Position numbers and translations under genes: made by a program. 64,000 nucleotides of DNA from PVC group bacterium (lineage in GTDB: Bacteria > Omnitrophota > Gorgyraeia > B26-G9), in NCBI GenBank assembly GCA_024231215.1, contig JAAEQR010000195.1, positions 226,246-290,245 of the forward strand, given 5' to 3'. Below the pieces are notes generated by a model. That model worked only from the letters and a program-made list of their open reading frames with translations. It was not told the DNA's origin and searched no databases. Of this stretch, positions 54,304 through 64,000 are shown piece by piece. The first letter of the stretch is position 1; the number at the start of each line of letters is the position of its first letter.

Positions 54304-56565
54304 ATGACCGAGACTAATATACTTAGATTACGTGTTTCTATCTGCGGAGCTGTTCAGGGAGTGGGATTTCGTCCGTTTATTTATCGTTTAGCTCATGAGT
54401 TAAACCTTGCCGGATGGGTTTTGAATTCTTCCGGAGGTGTTCTTATTGAGGTTGAAGGAGAACGCAAACAACTGAATAAATTCCTACTGCGGATTGAAAA
54501 GGATAAACCGCAAAATGCTTTTATTCAGAGCTTAGAGCCTGCATTTCTCGATCAAGTTGGATATAAAAAATTTGAAATACGTGAAAGTATTATCGGAGAG
54601 AAAAGCGTTTTAATCCTTCCGGATATAGCTACATGTCCGGAATGTATTAAGGAAATTTTTGATCCGCAAAATAGACGTTATTTATATCCGTTTACTAACT
54701 GTACTCACTGTGGTCCCCGCTATAGTATTATCGAAGCTCTTCCTTATGACCGGCCGAATACGACAATGAAAAATTTTACTATGTGTCAAAACTGTGAGGC
54801 TGAATACAATAATCCTCAGGATCGGCGTTTTCACGCTCAGCCTAATGCCTGCTCGGAATGCGGCCCTTATCTTCGTCTATGGGATGCTCAGGGTCAAGTT
54901 ACGGCAACGCGTCAGCAAGCTTTGGAAAAGACAGTTCAGGCAATTAAAGCGGGCCAGATTGTCGCGGTAAAAGGCTTGGGAGGATTCCATCTTATGGTGG
55001 ATGCTTTAGATCAGGATGCAATAAGCCGGCTGCGTTTACGCAAGCATCGGGAATCAAAACCGTTAGCTCTAATGTATCCTTCCTTGGTGGATATTTATAA
55101 TGATTGTGAATTAACTCCGTTACAAGAGAGGCTTTTAAACTCAGCAGAAGCACCGATTGTTATGGTGCGTAGGAAAGAAGAATGCAGTTTGCCGAATAAT
55201 ATTGCTCCGCATAATCCGTATCTCGGAGTAATGGTACCCTATACGCCGTTGCATCATTTGTTATTACAACAGTTAGGATCTCCGGTGGTGGCAACCAGTG
55301 CAAATCTTAGTAATGAGACAATTTGTATTGATGAGCAGGAAGCTTTGCGTTGTTTAGCTGGTATTGCGGATATCTTTTTAATACATAATCGCCCGATTAC
55401 CAGGCATGCTGATGATTCTATTGTCCGCATATTTTCCGGACGGGAAATAGTAATGCGTCGGGCTCGTGGATACGCACCATTGCCGATCACATTAACAGCT
55501 CCGGTAAAAAATACAGTGCTTGCCGTAGGCGGACATTTAAAAAACACGATTGCTATTGGCAGGGGTAGAAATGTATTTGTCAGTCCGCATATCGGAGATC
55601 TGGATGCCGCCAGGACATTTGATACATTTGTTAGAACTATTGATGATTTTAAAGATTTATATGAATTTGATTTTAAAAATGCAGTTTGTGATTTACATCC
55701 GGCTTATCGCTCTACTCAGTTTGTTAAAAGTTTAGATTTTCCAGTATTACAGGTACAGCATCATTATGCACATATCCTTTCTTGTATGGCTGAAAATGAG
55801 CTTGCGGCGCCTGTGCTTGGGGTTTCATGGGATGGGACCGGTTATGGCCCGGATAAAACAGTTTGGGGTGGAGAGTTTCTTAAAATAAATGATAAGGGGT
55901 TTGAGCGTTTTATGCATTTACGTGAGTTCCATCTTCCGGGAGGAACTTCGGCTGTACGTGAACCGCGACGAATAGCGGCGAGGATTTTGTATGAGTTGTT
56001 TGGGGATGAATTATTTGACATGCATAAGTTGCTGTGTTTACAAGCTTTTTCAGAAGCTGAACTTAAAAATCTAAGAGTTGTGTTGGAAAAGAAAATAAAC
56101 AGTCCGGTTACCTCCAGTATGGGGCGTCTTTTTGACGCAGTATCTTCTCTTTTAGGAATAAGGAATATTATTCAATTTGAGGGTCAGGCAGCAATGGAGC
56201 TTGAGTTTGCGATCAAAGATGCTAGTACAGAGGATATATTTTCTATTGATATCAAAGATGGGATTATCGACGGACATCTGGTTTTAAAAGAAATATTAGG
56301 GGACATAGAGAAGAGTGTAAATACTAAAATAATTGCAGCAAAGTTTCATAATACTCTGGCTCAGATAATCGTGGAAGTTGCTAAGGAAGCAAAAATAGAA
56401 AAGGTTGTTTTAAGCGGCGGCTGTTTTCAAAATAAATATTTAACTGAACATGCAATTGATAGGCTTAGGAAAGCTGGTTTTAAGCCGTATTGGCATCAGC
56501 GTGTGCCGCCTAATGATGGAGGAATTTCTTTGGGACAGATAATATCAGCGCAGAGGGATGGATAA
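54304..56565 (+). CDS. hypF: carbamoyltransferase HypF
   Basis: Acylphosphatase domain, two zinc-finger CxxC pairs, a YrdC-like and a Kae1-like domain. The start was chosen at MTETNIL. Confidence 0.9.
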   Translation: MTETNILRLRVSICGAVQGVGFRPFIYRLAHELNLAGWVLNSSGGVLIEVEGERKQLNKFLLRIEKDKPQNAFIQSLEPAFLDQVGYKKFEIRESIIGEKSVLILPDIATCPECIKEIFDPQNRRYLYPFTNCTHCGPRYSIIEALPYDRPNTTMKNFTMCQNCEAEYNNPQDRRFHAQPNACSECGPYLRLWDAQGQVTATRQQALEKTVQAIKAGQIVAVKGLGGFHLMVDALDQDAISRLRLRKHRESKPLALMYPSLVDIYNDCELTPLQERLLNSAEAPIVMVRRKEECSLPNNIAPHNPYLGVMVPYTPLHHLLLQQLGSPVVATSANLSNETICIDEQEALRCLAGIADIFLIHNRPITRHADDSIVRIFSGREIVMRRARGYAPLPITLTAPVKNTVLAVGGHLKNTIAIGRGRNVFVSPHIGDLDAARTFDTFVRTIDDFKDLYEFDFKNAVCDLHPAYRSTQFVKSLDFPVLQVQHHYAHILSCMAENELAAPVLGVSWDGTGYGPDKTVWGGEFLKINDKGFERFMHLREFHLPGGTSAVREPRRIAARILYELFGDELFDMHKLLCLQAFSEAELKNLRVVLEKKINSPVTSSMGRLFDAVSSLLGIRNIIQFEGQAAMELEFAIKDASTEDIFSIDIKDGIIDGHLVLKEILGDIEKSVNTKIIAAKFHNTLAQIIVEVAKEAKIEKVVLSGGCFQNKYLTEHAIDRLRKAGFKPYWHQRVPPNDGGISLGQIISAQRDG

Positions 56566-56720
56566 TTGTGATAGAATGCAAAATAGCTATAAGTGGTAAG
56601 GAGGAAGAGAAAACAGAAAAAATAAAAAAGGTATATAGTTTGTTAGTTTGTGTTTTATTGGGAGAGTATTAATAGTTGTGCAACATAAGGGGATTATTAT
56701 GAGTTATAGGTTTATTGTTT

Positions 56721-56760
56721 TATACTTATAACTTACAACGTATAACTTATAACTGGAGAT
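56721..56760. promoter_or_regulatory. direct repeats of TATAACTTA upstream of hypC (candidate operator)
   Basis: CTTATAACTTACAACGTATAACTTATAACT; it shares TTATAACTTACAAC with the hypA upstream region. Confidence 0.35.
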
Positions 56761-56764
56761 TAGT

Positions 56765-57007
56765 ATGTGTTTAGCAGTGCCGGGAAAAATTACTAGTATA
56801 ATTGAAAACGATGATCCTTTGCAGAAGACTGGAAAGGTTAGTTTTAGCGGAGTAGTGCAGGAAATAAATCTGGCTTATGTCCCGGAGGCAAAGGTGGGGG
56901 ATTATGTAATTGTGCATGTGGGGTTTGCTTTAAATATAGTGGACGAAGAGGAAGCTCAAAAGATTTTTGAAGCATTAAAGCAGGCAACAGGGGAAGAATT
57001 TTTATGA
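56765..57007 (+). CDS. hypC: hydrogenase assembly chaperone HypC
   Basis: [10 protein letters not shown]-terminus, 80 aa. Confidence 0.85.
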   Translation: MCLAVPGKITSIIENDDPLQKTGKVSFSGVVQEINLAYVPEAKVGDYVIVHVGFALNIVDEEEAQKIFEALKQATGEEFL

Positions 57008-58101
57008 AATATGTAGATGAATATCGTAGGGCAGAAGATGTTAAAAAGGTATCACAGGCAATTGCCAAGATTACTACCAAACCGTGGACAATAATGGAAA
57101 TTTGCGGTGGGCAGACGCATGCTATCGTGAAATTTGGGTTGGATGAGCTGTTGCCGGATAATATAACTTTAGTGCATGGCCCGGGATGTCCGGTATGTGT
57201 AACACCGTTAGAGGCGATTGACCGTGCAGTTATGATTGCTTCCCGGGAGGATGTTATTTTTTGTTCTTTTGGAGATATGGTGCGTGTGCCGGGTTCGGAG
57301 AAAGATCTTTTAACTGTAAAATCTCAGGGTGGAGATTTAAGAATAGTTTATTCTCCTTTGGATGCAGTTGAAATTGCCAGACAAAATCCTAATAAGAAAG
57401 TAGTATTTTTTGCGATCGGGTTTGAAACTACAGCTCCGGCTAATGCGATGGCTGTGTATCAGGCAAAACTAAAAGGTATTAATAATTTTTCCGTGTTAGT
57501 TTCTCATGTGCTTGTACCTCCGGCAATGGAGATTATCTTATCTTCGCCGGCAAATAAAGTGCAGGGATTTTTAGCGGCCGGACATGTATGTACGGTAATG
57601 GGATATACTCAATATGAAGCTATTGCAGAAAAATTTAAAGCGCCGATTGTTGTTACCGGGTTTGAACCTCTGGATATTTTAGAAGGAATATATATGTGTG
57701 TGCAGCAGCTTGAAGCTGGTAAGCATGAAGTTGTTAATGAATATTCGCGTGTAGTAAAAAGAGAAGGTAATTTGCCGGCACAGGATGTTATTAAAAAGGT
57801 ATTTAAAATAGTGAACCAGAAGTGGAGAGGTATCGGAGAAATTCCAGATAGCGGGTTGGCTTTGGCTGATGAATACAGTAGTTTTGATGCAGATAAAGTT
57901 TTTAATTTAGAACATATAAATGTAGAAGAGCCCGCAGAATGTATTAGCGGATTGGTTTTGCAGGGAGTTAAAAAACCGGATGAGTGTTCTGAATTTGGCA
58001 AAAAATGTTCTCCGGAACATCCGCTTGGGGCGCCCATGGTTTCTACTGAAGGTGCTTGCGCGGCATATTATAGGTATCGTAGTCATGAAATAGTAGGCTA
58101 A
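57004..58101 (+). CDS. hypD: hydrogenase formation protein HypD
   Basis: [13 protein letters not shown] and a C-terminal CxxC pattern. Confidence 0.9.
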   Translation: MKYVDEYRRAEDVKKVSQAIAKITTKPWTIMEICGGQTHAIVKFGLDELLPDNITLVHGPGCPVCVTPLEAIDRAVMIASREDVIFCSFGDMVRVPGSEKDLLTVKSQGGDLRIVYSPLDAVEIARQNPNKKVVFFAIGFETTAPANAMAVYQAKLKGINNFSVLVSHVLVPPAMEIILSSPANKVQGFLAAGHVCTVMGYTQYEAIAEKFKAPIVVTGFEPLDILEGIYMCVQQLEAGKHEVVNEYSRVVKREGNLPAQDVIKKVFKIVNQKWRGIGEIPDSGLALADEYSSFDADKVFNLEHINVEEPAECISGLVLQGVKKPDECSEFGKKCSPEHPLGAPMVSTEGACAAYYRYRSHEIVG

Positions 58102-58126
58102 GTTTTGATTGCAAAGGTAATTAGGT

Positions 58127-58292
58127 GTTAAAACATGTATTTTTCTCACTCTAGCTTGATTTTACCCTTCGATTTCGCTCAGGGTCGCAACGAATGGCTA
58201 AAAATATCCTCCCGGCCTGACGGGCTCGTCAATTTTTTTAACGCCATATCTTATGCTAAAATCAAGGGTCGTTTAAAAACACATGTTTTAAC
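58127..58292. repeat. structured ~166-nt element bounded by 12-bp inverted repeats (GTTAAAACATGT / ACATGTTTTAAC) between hypD and hypE
   Basis: Perfect terminal inverted repeats, nested inner inverted repeats CTTGATTTTA / TAAAATCAAG, and an internal GC hairpin. It splits the usually contiguous hypDE pair. Confidence 0.35.
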
Positions 58293-58335
58293 AAAGTTAT
58301 TATAATATTGTTGTTCAGTGAGAGGAAATTAAGAA

Positions 58336-59391
58336 ATGAATGATTTTGATGTAACAAATTTAACGTGTCCAATTCCGATATCCGATTATCCAAATGTGCT
58401 TTTAGCGCATGGATCCGGCGGGATTTTGATGAATCAGTTGATTGAAAAGATATTTTTAGCGGCATTTAAGAATCCGATCTTAGAACAAAAACATGATGCA
58501 TCGGTTTTAGAGCCGGGAAAAGGCAAGCTGGCAATGACCACTGACTCTTATGTCATTCATCCATTGTTTTTTCCGGGAGGAGATATTGGTTCTTTAGCAG
58601 TGCATGGGACGGTTAATGATTTAGCGATGTGTGGAGCAAAACCATTATATCTTTCTGCTGGATTTATCTTAGAAGAAGGGCTTCCTATGGATACTCTTTG
58701 GAAAGTAGTTGTATCTATGGCTCAGGCAGCTAAGAACGCAGGAGTGCAGATTGTTACCGGAGATACAAAGGTTGTAAATAAAGGTAAGGGCGATGGGATA
58801 TTTATAAATACCGCAGGTATTGGCGTAATTGAGCATGATTTAAGTATAGCTCCAGCTTCGATAAGAGAAGGCGATGCGATTATTCTAAGCGGTGATATTG
58901 CAAGACATGGTATGGCGGTTATGGCTGTACGTGAAGGGCTAGAGTTTGAAAGCATGATCACCAGTGATTCTGCGCCGGTAAACGCAATCGTAGAAAAACT
59001 TATTGCTTCCGATATAGATATACATTGTATGCGTGATCTTACACGGGGTGGTGTAGCTAGTGCTTTAGTTGAACTTGCTAAAAGTGCTAATGTCCATATT
59101 AATATTGAAGAAGAAAAAATTCCAGTGCATGAAGATGTGAGAGGGGCTTGTGAAATATTGGGATTAGATCCGATGTATGTAGCTAATGAAGGCAGGTTTG
59201 TTTGCTTTGTACCTGAGGGACAGGCTGATAAAGTGATTCAGATTATGCGGGAATACTCAGATGCAGAAGAAGTTGTTTGTATTGGCAAAGTCAGTTTGGA
59301 TAAAAAAGGACAGGTAACTCTTAAAACCAGCATTGGTACTACCCGCTATGTAGATATGCTTTCCGGAGAACAATTGCCGCGTATTTGTTAA
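58336..59391 (+). CDS. hypE: carbamoyl dehydratase HypE
   Basis: AIR synthase-related fold and a C-terminal PRIC motif. Confidence 0.9.
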   Translation: MNDFDVTNLTCPIPISDYPNVLLAHGSGGILMNQLIEKIFLAAFKNPILEQKHDASVLEPGKGKLAMTTDSYVIHPLFFPGGDIGSLAVHGTVNDLAMCGAKPLYLSAGFILEEGLPMDTLWKVVVSMAQAAKNAGVQIVTGDTKVVNKGKGDGIFINTAGIGVIEHDLSIAPASIREGDAIILSGDIARHGMAVMAVREGLEFESMITSDSAPVNAIVEKLIASDIDIHCMRDLTRGGVASALVELAKSANVHINIEEEKIPVHEDVRGACEILGLDPMYVANEGRFVCFVPEGQADKVIQIMREYSDAEEVVCIGKVSLDKKGQVTLKTSIGTTRYVDMLSGEQLPRIC

Positions 59392-59407
59392 AAATTTATA
59401 TAAAAAC

Positions 59408-59432
59408 GGGCGGACACATCGGTCCGCCCCTA
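59408..59432. terminator. bidirectional terminator between hypE and gpmA
   Basis: GGGCGGAC-ACATC-GGTCCGCCC. Confidence 0.6.
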
Positions 59433-59457
59433 CAATTTGTAAATATACAACTTTTTC

Positions 59458-60204
59458 TTATTTTGATTTCCCTTGATTTGCTACCGCGTTCATTGCTTTT
59501 GCGATTGCTTCCTGATCTCCCAGATAATAATGCTTTATTGGTTTTAGATCATCGTCAAGTTCGTATACCAGTGGGACTCCGGTAGGAATATTTAGTTTTA
59601 CGATTTCTTCTTCAGATATGTTGTCTAAGTACATTACTAGTGCACGCAAACTGTTACCATGTGCGGCAATAAGTACATTTTTCCCGGATTTGATAGCCGG
59701 TGCAATGGTTTCATGCCAATAGGGTAGAAAACGTTCTACAGTATCTTTAAGGCATTCGGTTAATGGAAGATCTTTTTCGTCTAAATCTTTGTATCTGGGA
59801 TCATTTCCCGGCCAGCGCGAATCGCTCTTTTCCAAAGCTTTAGGCGGAATATCATAGCTTCTTCTCCAGACCAAAACCTGCTCATCACCGTATTGGGTGG
59901 CTGTTTCTGCTTTGTTGAGTCCCTGTAATGCTCCATAATGTCTTTCGTTGAGTCTCCAGCATCTTTCTACCGGTATCCACATCAAATCCATACCGGATAG
60001 GGTCAGCCAAAGGGTTCTGATTGCTCGTTTTAAGACGGATGTAAAGGCAATGTCAAATGTGTAACCCTCTTGTTTTAAGACTGTTCCGGCATTTCCTGCT
60101 TCCTGCAGGCCTTTTTCTGAAAGATCTACATCAGTCCATCCGGTAAATTTATTTTCCTTATTCCAGACACTTTCTCCATGACGCAATAATACTACTTTTT
60201 TCAT
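59458..60204 (-). CDS. gpmA: 2,3-bisphosphoglycerate-dependent phosphoglycerate mutase
   Basis: [10 protein letters not shown] catalytic His motif over the full length. The RBS GGAGGA precedes it. Confidence 0.9.
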   Translation of the reverse strand: MKKVVLLRHGESVWNKENKFTGWTDVDLSEKGLQEAGNAGTVLKQEGYTFDIAFTSVLKRAIRTLWLTLSGMDLMWIPVERCWRLNERHYGALQGLNKAETATQYGDEQVLVWRRSYDIPPKALEKSDSRWPGNDPRYKDLDEKDLPLTECLKDTVERFLPYWHETIAPAIKSGKNVLIAAHGNSLRALVMYLDNISEEEIVKLNIPTGVPLVYELDDDLKPIKHYYLGDQEAIAKAMNAVANQGKSK

Positions 60205-60511
60205 GTTTATCCTCCTTCGATGATTAAAATTAGCCAAGTTTTGTAACGAATCGTTTCCCTTATTATATCCAAAAACTTGAAATATGCAACCCCTAAAATC
60301 AACAAAAAAATATTGACTTTTATGGTTAGCTAAGTTATAATTTCATTCTCGTTTTTATATCGAAGATCATGGTTTTTTCAGGCTGTGAAAAAAATTTTTA
60401 TTTTTTTCTTGCAAAATCTTGAATTTTTGGTTTAATAGTAATATGCAAAATATTAGCCTGTATTTTAGGTTATAACCCATTGCTGGAAGAAGGGATATTT
60501 GAAATAAAGAA

Positions 60512-60880
60512 ATGAAGAAAAAAGGAAAAAAAATATTTGGTTATGAATTGGTGTTGGATTTGTTTGAATGTGACGCCGATGTGATCACTTCTAAGAAAAA
60601 GCTGAAGGAATATGTTGATACGCTGTGTAAGCTGATCAAGATGAAGAAGTATGGCAAGACACTTCTGCCGTATTTTGGGGAAAAAGAAGAATTTACAAAA
60701 GGATATTCCCTGGTTCAGCTGATTGAAACTAGTTCTATTACCGGGCATTTTTCCGATTACTGGAAGACCGCGTATATCAATATTTTTTCTTGCAGAGAAT
60801 ATGATCAGAACCTGGCAAAGAAATTCTCCAAAGAGTTTTTTGGGGCAAAGAGGGTAAAATCACGTTTCCTTGTCCGCTAA
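60512..60880 (+). CDS. pyruvoyl-dependent AdoMetDC-family decarboxylase proenzyme (S-adenosylmethionine decarboxylase-like; substrate uncertain)
   Basis: 122 aa, small class 1 AdoMetDC fold. The processing/pyruvoyl site ETSS-ITGHF corresponds to ESH..H.WPE of SpeD-type proenzymes. Confidence 0.8.
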   Translation: MKKKGKKIFGYELVLDLFECDADVITSKKKLKEYVDTLCKLIKMKKYGKTLLPYFGEKEEFTKGYSLVQLIETSSITGHFSDYWKTAYINIFSCREYDQNLAKKFSKEFFGAKRVKSRFLVR

Positions 60881-60913
60881 GAGCCAATTATTGCATATAG
60901 AGTAAATATAAAA

Positions 60914-60945
60914 CAGCAGGCACAAACCTGCTGTTTTTTTCGTTA
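60914..60945 (+). terminator. rho-independent terminator or attenuator between the AdoMetDC-like gene and nspC
   Basis: CAGCAGG-CACAAAC-CTGCTG followed by T7. Confidence 0.6.
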
Positions 60946-60957
60946 AGGGGCTGAACA

Positions 60958-62055
60958 ATGAAAATAGAAACACCTTATTATTTGATTGATGAGAAACAGC
61001 TGCTGAAAAACCTCAAGGTAATCAGGCGTATTCGGGAAAAGTCCGGGGCAAAGTCGGTATTAGCTCTGAAATGTTTTTCTACTTGGTGTGTTTTTGATCT
61101 TATGAAGCAGTATCTGGACGGAACAACTTCCAGTTCTTCTTATGAGGCACGCCTGGGATATGAAAAAATTGGTAAAGAAGTTCACGCCTATTCCGTTGCC
61201 TATTCCAAAGAAGATATAAAAGAAATCAGTAAATTCTCTGATAAAATTATTTTTAATTCTATATCTCAATTAAAGATGTTTTCTAAGCAGGTGTGTGATT
61301 GCCAGATTGGCTTAAGGCTGAATCCGCAGATCAGTTATTCTCATTTTGATCTGGCTGATCCATCACGTAAATATTCTCGTTTGGGAGTATCTGATAAAAA
61401 ATCTATACTTAGAGTACTGCCGAAGCTTAGTGGTGTAATGTTTCACTTTAATTGCGAAAACGCTGATTTTAAAAATTTCTCTAAAAATATTGATTATCTT
61501 AGCCGTACATATGGGAAGATACTAGGTTCTTTAAATTGGGTTAGCTTGGGTGGAGGGCTTTATTTTACCAAACAAGGATATCCAGTGGATAAGTTTTGTC
61601 GAAAGCTTAAAAGTTTCAGTGAGAGATTTAATGTGCAGGTGTATTTAGAACCTGGGGAAAGTGCGATCACCCAATCTTGCGAGCTTGTTACAAAAGTCCT
61701 GGATATTGTTCATAATAAAATGGATATTGCGATAGTTGATGCTTCTATTGAAGCGCATATGCTGGATTTATTGGTTTACCGGGAAAATGCTAAAATAAAA
61801 AGTACTGGCCGGTACAAGTATATGATTGCCGGGCGTTCTTGTTTAGCAGGGGATGTCTTTGGTACTTACAATTTTAAATCCCGGTTAAAAGTTGGCAGTA
61901 TTATTAGATTCCCGGATGCTGCCGGATATACGATGGTTAAAAAGAATTGGTTTAACGGGCTAAAAATGCCTGCTATAGTAGTGAAAAGATTAAACGGCAA
62001 AGTTGAAGTGGTTCGTGAATTTAAATATGATGATTTTGTAAACGCTTTATCATAG
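60958..62055 (+). CDS. nspC: carboxynorspermidine/carboxyspermidine decarboxylase
   Basis: PLP-dependent fold III decarboxylase with NspC family length and pattern. Confidence 0.85.
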   Translation: MKIETPYYLIDEKQLLKNLKVIRRIREKSGAKSVLALKCFSTWCVFDLMKQYLDGTTSSSSYEARLGYEKIGKEVHAYSVAYSKEDIKEISKFSDKIIFNSISQLKMFSKQVCDCQIGLRLNPQISYSHFDLADPSRKYSRLGVSDKKSILRVLPKLSGVMFHFNCENADFKNFSKNIDYLSRTYGKILGSLNWVSLGGGLYFTKQGYPVDKFCRKLKSFSERFNVQVYLEPGESAITQSCELVTKVLDIVHNKMDIAIVDASIEAHMLDLLVYRENAKIKSTGRYKYMIAGRSCLAGDVFGTYNFKSRLKVGSIIRFPDAAGYTMVKKNWFNGLKMPAIVVKRLNGKVEVVREFKYDDFVNALS

Positions 62056-62065
62056 AGGAGAAAAA

Positions 62066-63316
62066 ATGAAAAAAAATGTATTAATTGTCGGAGCCGGAGG
62101 AGTTGCTCATGTTGCCGCACATAAATGCGCGCAGAATAATAATGTGTTAGGCGATATTTGTATTGCTTCTCGAACCCAAAGTAAGTGTGATGCGATTATT
62201 GAAAGTATTAAGAAAAAGGATCATCTTAAAGCTAAAACCAAAAAGTTGTATTCACGACAGCTTAATGCATTGGATCTTGAAGCGGCAAAAAAGCTGATAC
62301 AGGAAACAAATTCTCACATAGTAATTAACCTTGCGCAATCATATGTGAATATGACTCTGCTTCAGGCTTGTATAGATGTAGGCGTAGCTTATATGGATAC
62401 GGCTATCCATGAAGACCCGGATAAGGTTTGCGAGGATCCGCCTTGGTATGCTAACTACGAATGGAAAAAATTAGATATTTGTAAGGAAAAAGGAATAACC
62501 GCTATTTTAGGGGCTGGTTTTGATCCGGGGGTAGTTAATGCGTATTGTGCCTTAGCCGTAAAACATCATTTTGATAAGATTGATACTATAGATATTATGG
62601 ATGTTAATGCTGGAAATCACGGAAAATATTTCGCAACCAATTTCGACCCGGAAATAAATTTCCGGGAATTTAAAAAAGTCTGGACTTGGATTGATCGTAA
62701 ATGGGTGATGGAAAAGGTTCATGCGATAAAGATGGTTTATGATTTCCCAGTGGTTGGAAAACAGCCGGTGTATTTAAACGGTCATGATGAACTTCATTCT
62801 TTATGGAAAAACATTGATGCGAATAGTATCCGGTTTTGGATGGGGTTTGGGGATCATTATATAAATGTGTTTTCGGTTTTGACCAATCTTGGTTTGACTT
62901 CAGAACAGCCGATTAAAACAGCTGAAGGAGTAGAGGTAGTTCCGTTAAAAGTTATAAAAGCGATTTTACCGGATCCTTTATCTCTTGCGCCTAATTATAC
63001 AGGTAAGACTTGTATCGGTAATTATGTTAAAGGCACCAAAGATGGTAAGCCGAAAGAGATTTTTATTTATAATACATGTGATCATGCAGAGTGTTATAAA
63101 GAGGTAGAGTCTCAGGCGATTTGCTATACTGCCGGAGTTCCTCCTGTGGCGGCGGCGATGCTTATCGCCCGGGGGGATTGGGATGTTAATCATATGGTTA
63201 ATGTTGAAGAGCTTGATCCTGATCCGTTCATTGCGATACTTGATAAAATTGGGTTGCCGACAATTGTTCATGAAAACCCAATAGTTCTTCCGGAAAGTGA
63301 AAGAGTTAAATCTTAG
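62066..63316 (+). CDS. carboxynorspermidine/carboxyspermidine dehydrogenase (saccharopine dehydrogenase-like)
   Basis: N-terminal Rossmann fold (VLIVGAGGVAHVAAH) and the C-terminal family pattern. Confidence 0.85.
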   Translation: MKKNVLIVGAGGVAHVAAHKCAQNNNVLGDICIASRTQSKCDAIIESIKKKDHLKAKTKKLYSRQLNALDLEAAKKLIQETNSHIVINLAQSYVNMTLLQACIDVGVAYMDTAIHEDPDKVCEDPPWYANYEWKKLDICKEKGITAILGAGFDPGVVNAYCALAVKHHFDKIDTIDIMDVNAGNHGKYFATNFDPEINFREFKKVWTWIDRKWVMEKVHAIKMVYDFPVVGKQPVYLNGHDELHSLWKNIDANSIRFWMGFGDHYINVFSVLTNLGLTSEQPIKTAEGVEVVPLKVIKAILPDPLSLAPNYTGKTCIGNYVKGTKDGKPKEIFIYNTCDHAECYKEVESQAICYTAGVPPVAAAMLIARGDWDVNHMVNVEELDPDPFIAILDKIGLPTIVHENPIVLPESERVKS

Positions 63317-63422
63317 GTTGTATTTAAAGAGAAAAAGAGTGTTTTTTTAAACAAATCGCGTTATAATTAATATTCTATAATTCTATTTATGAGCAGTCTT
63401 TAAAAACGAAAGGAAGGTTAGA

Positions 63423-64000
63423 ATGAGTGGTATTTTCGGTGTTGTTTCCCAGGATGATTGTGTGCAGGATTTATTGTATGGAACAGATTATCATTCTCAT
63501 TTAGGTACCGAATATGGCGGTATGGCTATTTGGGGAGAAACTTTTGTGAGGCAGATACATAATATAAGCCGCGGGCAATTTAAGTCAAAATTTTATGAAG
63601 ATTCAAAACATATGCCGGGAAATAAAGGGATCGGTGTAATTAGTGATATGGATGAACAGCCGATATATCTTAATTCAAAATTTGGCTCTTTTTGTATTGT
63701 CACTACTGGTTTTATTGATAATATGAATACCTTGGTAGACGACTTGTTGCAACAAGGTATATCTTTTAGTGAAGTAAGTAACGGTAGGGTAAACGCAACA
63801 GAACTTGTGGCTAAACTGATAAATCAGGGAGAGAGTCTGGTTGACGGTATCGAAAAGATGTTTGCTGCGATTGAAGGATCCTGTTCACTTCTTGTGCTGA
63901 ATGAACAGGGTGTATATGCGGCAAGAGATCGTTGGGGGTATATGCCGCTTACAATTGGTAAAAAAGAAAATGCCTGGGCTGTAACTACCGAGACGAGTGC
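63423..64000 (+). CDS. class-II (Ntn) glutamine amidotransferase-like protein, 5' part; position 2 is Ser instead of the usual nucleophilic Cys
   Basis: MSGIFGV... resembles the MCGI(V/F)G start of PurF/AsnB/GlmS-type domains. An RBS, AAGGAAGG, precedes it. The gene runs off the window end. Confidence 0.45.
   Translation, partial: MSGIFGVVSQDDCVQDLLYGTDYHSHLGTEYGGMAIWGETFVRQIHNISRGQFKSKFYEDSKHMPGNKGIGVISDMDEQPIYLNSKFGSFCIVTTGFIDNMNTLVDDLLQQGISFSEVSNGRVNATELVAKLINQGESLVDGIEKMFAAIEGSCSLLVLNEQGVYAARDRWGYMPLTIGKKENAWAVTTETS

Noticed and set aside
1-64000. CRISPR arrays, rRNA genes, transposases or integrases
   Set aside because: No regularly spaced direct repeats, no rRNA-like conserved stretches, and no DDE or tyrosine-recombinase-like ORFs were seen anywhere in the window.

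Overview
The window is a low-GC bacterial chromosomal segment with standard genetic code: TGA acts as a stop, and an RF2 gene with its programmed +1 frameshift is present. It is densely packed with mostly +strand genes. The housekeeping content is: the 3' part of fabF, a bcd-etfB-etfA set in which EtfA is fused to a ferredoxin domain, smc, prfB, xseA/xseB, dxs, gltX, tRNA-Leu(CAG), tRNA-Gln(CUG), glnS, nifS/nifU, a dihydrouridine synthase, glgP, gpmA, and two cspA paralogs. There is c-di-GMP signalling: a GAF-GGDEF cyclase, a receiver plus degenerate GGDEF protein, and a PilZ protein. A family-5 substrate-binding protein gene sits beside a two-component system. A stretch of poorly characterised genes follows: an RsmH-like methyltransferase paralog, an HExxH membrane protein, a YkgJ protein, a small membrane protein translationally coupled to a B12-radical SAM/DUF4080 enzyme, a PIF1-like helicase, and a GH26 protein carrying a PEP-CTERM tail. 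A fatty-acid ligase is fused to a carrier domain and an acyltransferase. A complete, compact NAD-linked bidirectional [NiFe]-hydrogenase locus is present: nikR-hldD-rex-hypA-hypB-hoxF(E/F fusion)-hoxU-hoxY-hoxH-hoxW-hypF-hypC-hypD-(insert)-hypE. An alternative polyamine cluster (AdoMetDC-like, carboxynorspermidine decarboxylase and dehydrogenase) ends the window. The most unusual observations are: (1) an AMPK-beta/CBM48-type glycogen-binding domain inserted into the SMC hinge; (2) a two-copy, roughly 127-nt intergenic element whose terminal stems co-vary between copies, which suggests a structured small RNA family; (3) a GC-rich, highly structured ~190-nt segment after tRNA-Gln, bracketed by copies of the tRNA 3' end; (4) candidate Rex and other operator motifs in the hydrogenase locus; (5) a structured element bounded by inverted repeats that separates hypD from hypE; (6) a 24-codon Cys-rich mini-ORF with a strong RBS and terminator next to nifSU. 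No CRISPR array, rRNA or obvious transposase was seen.
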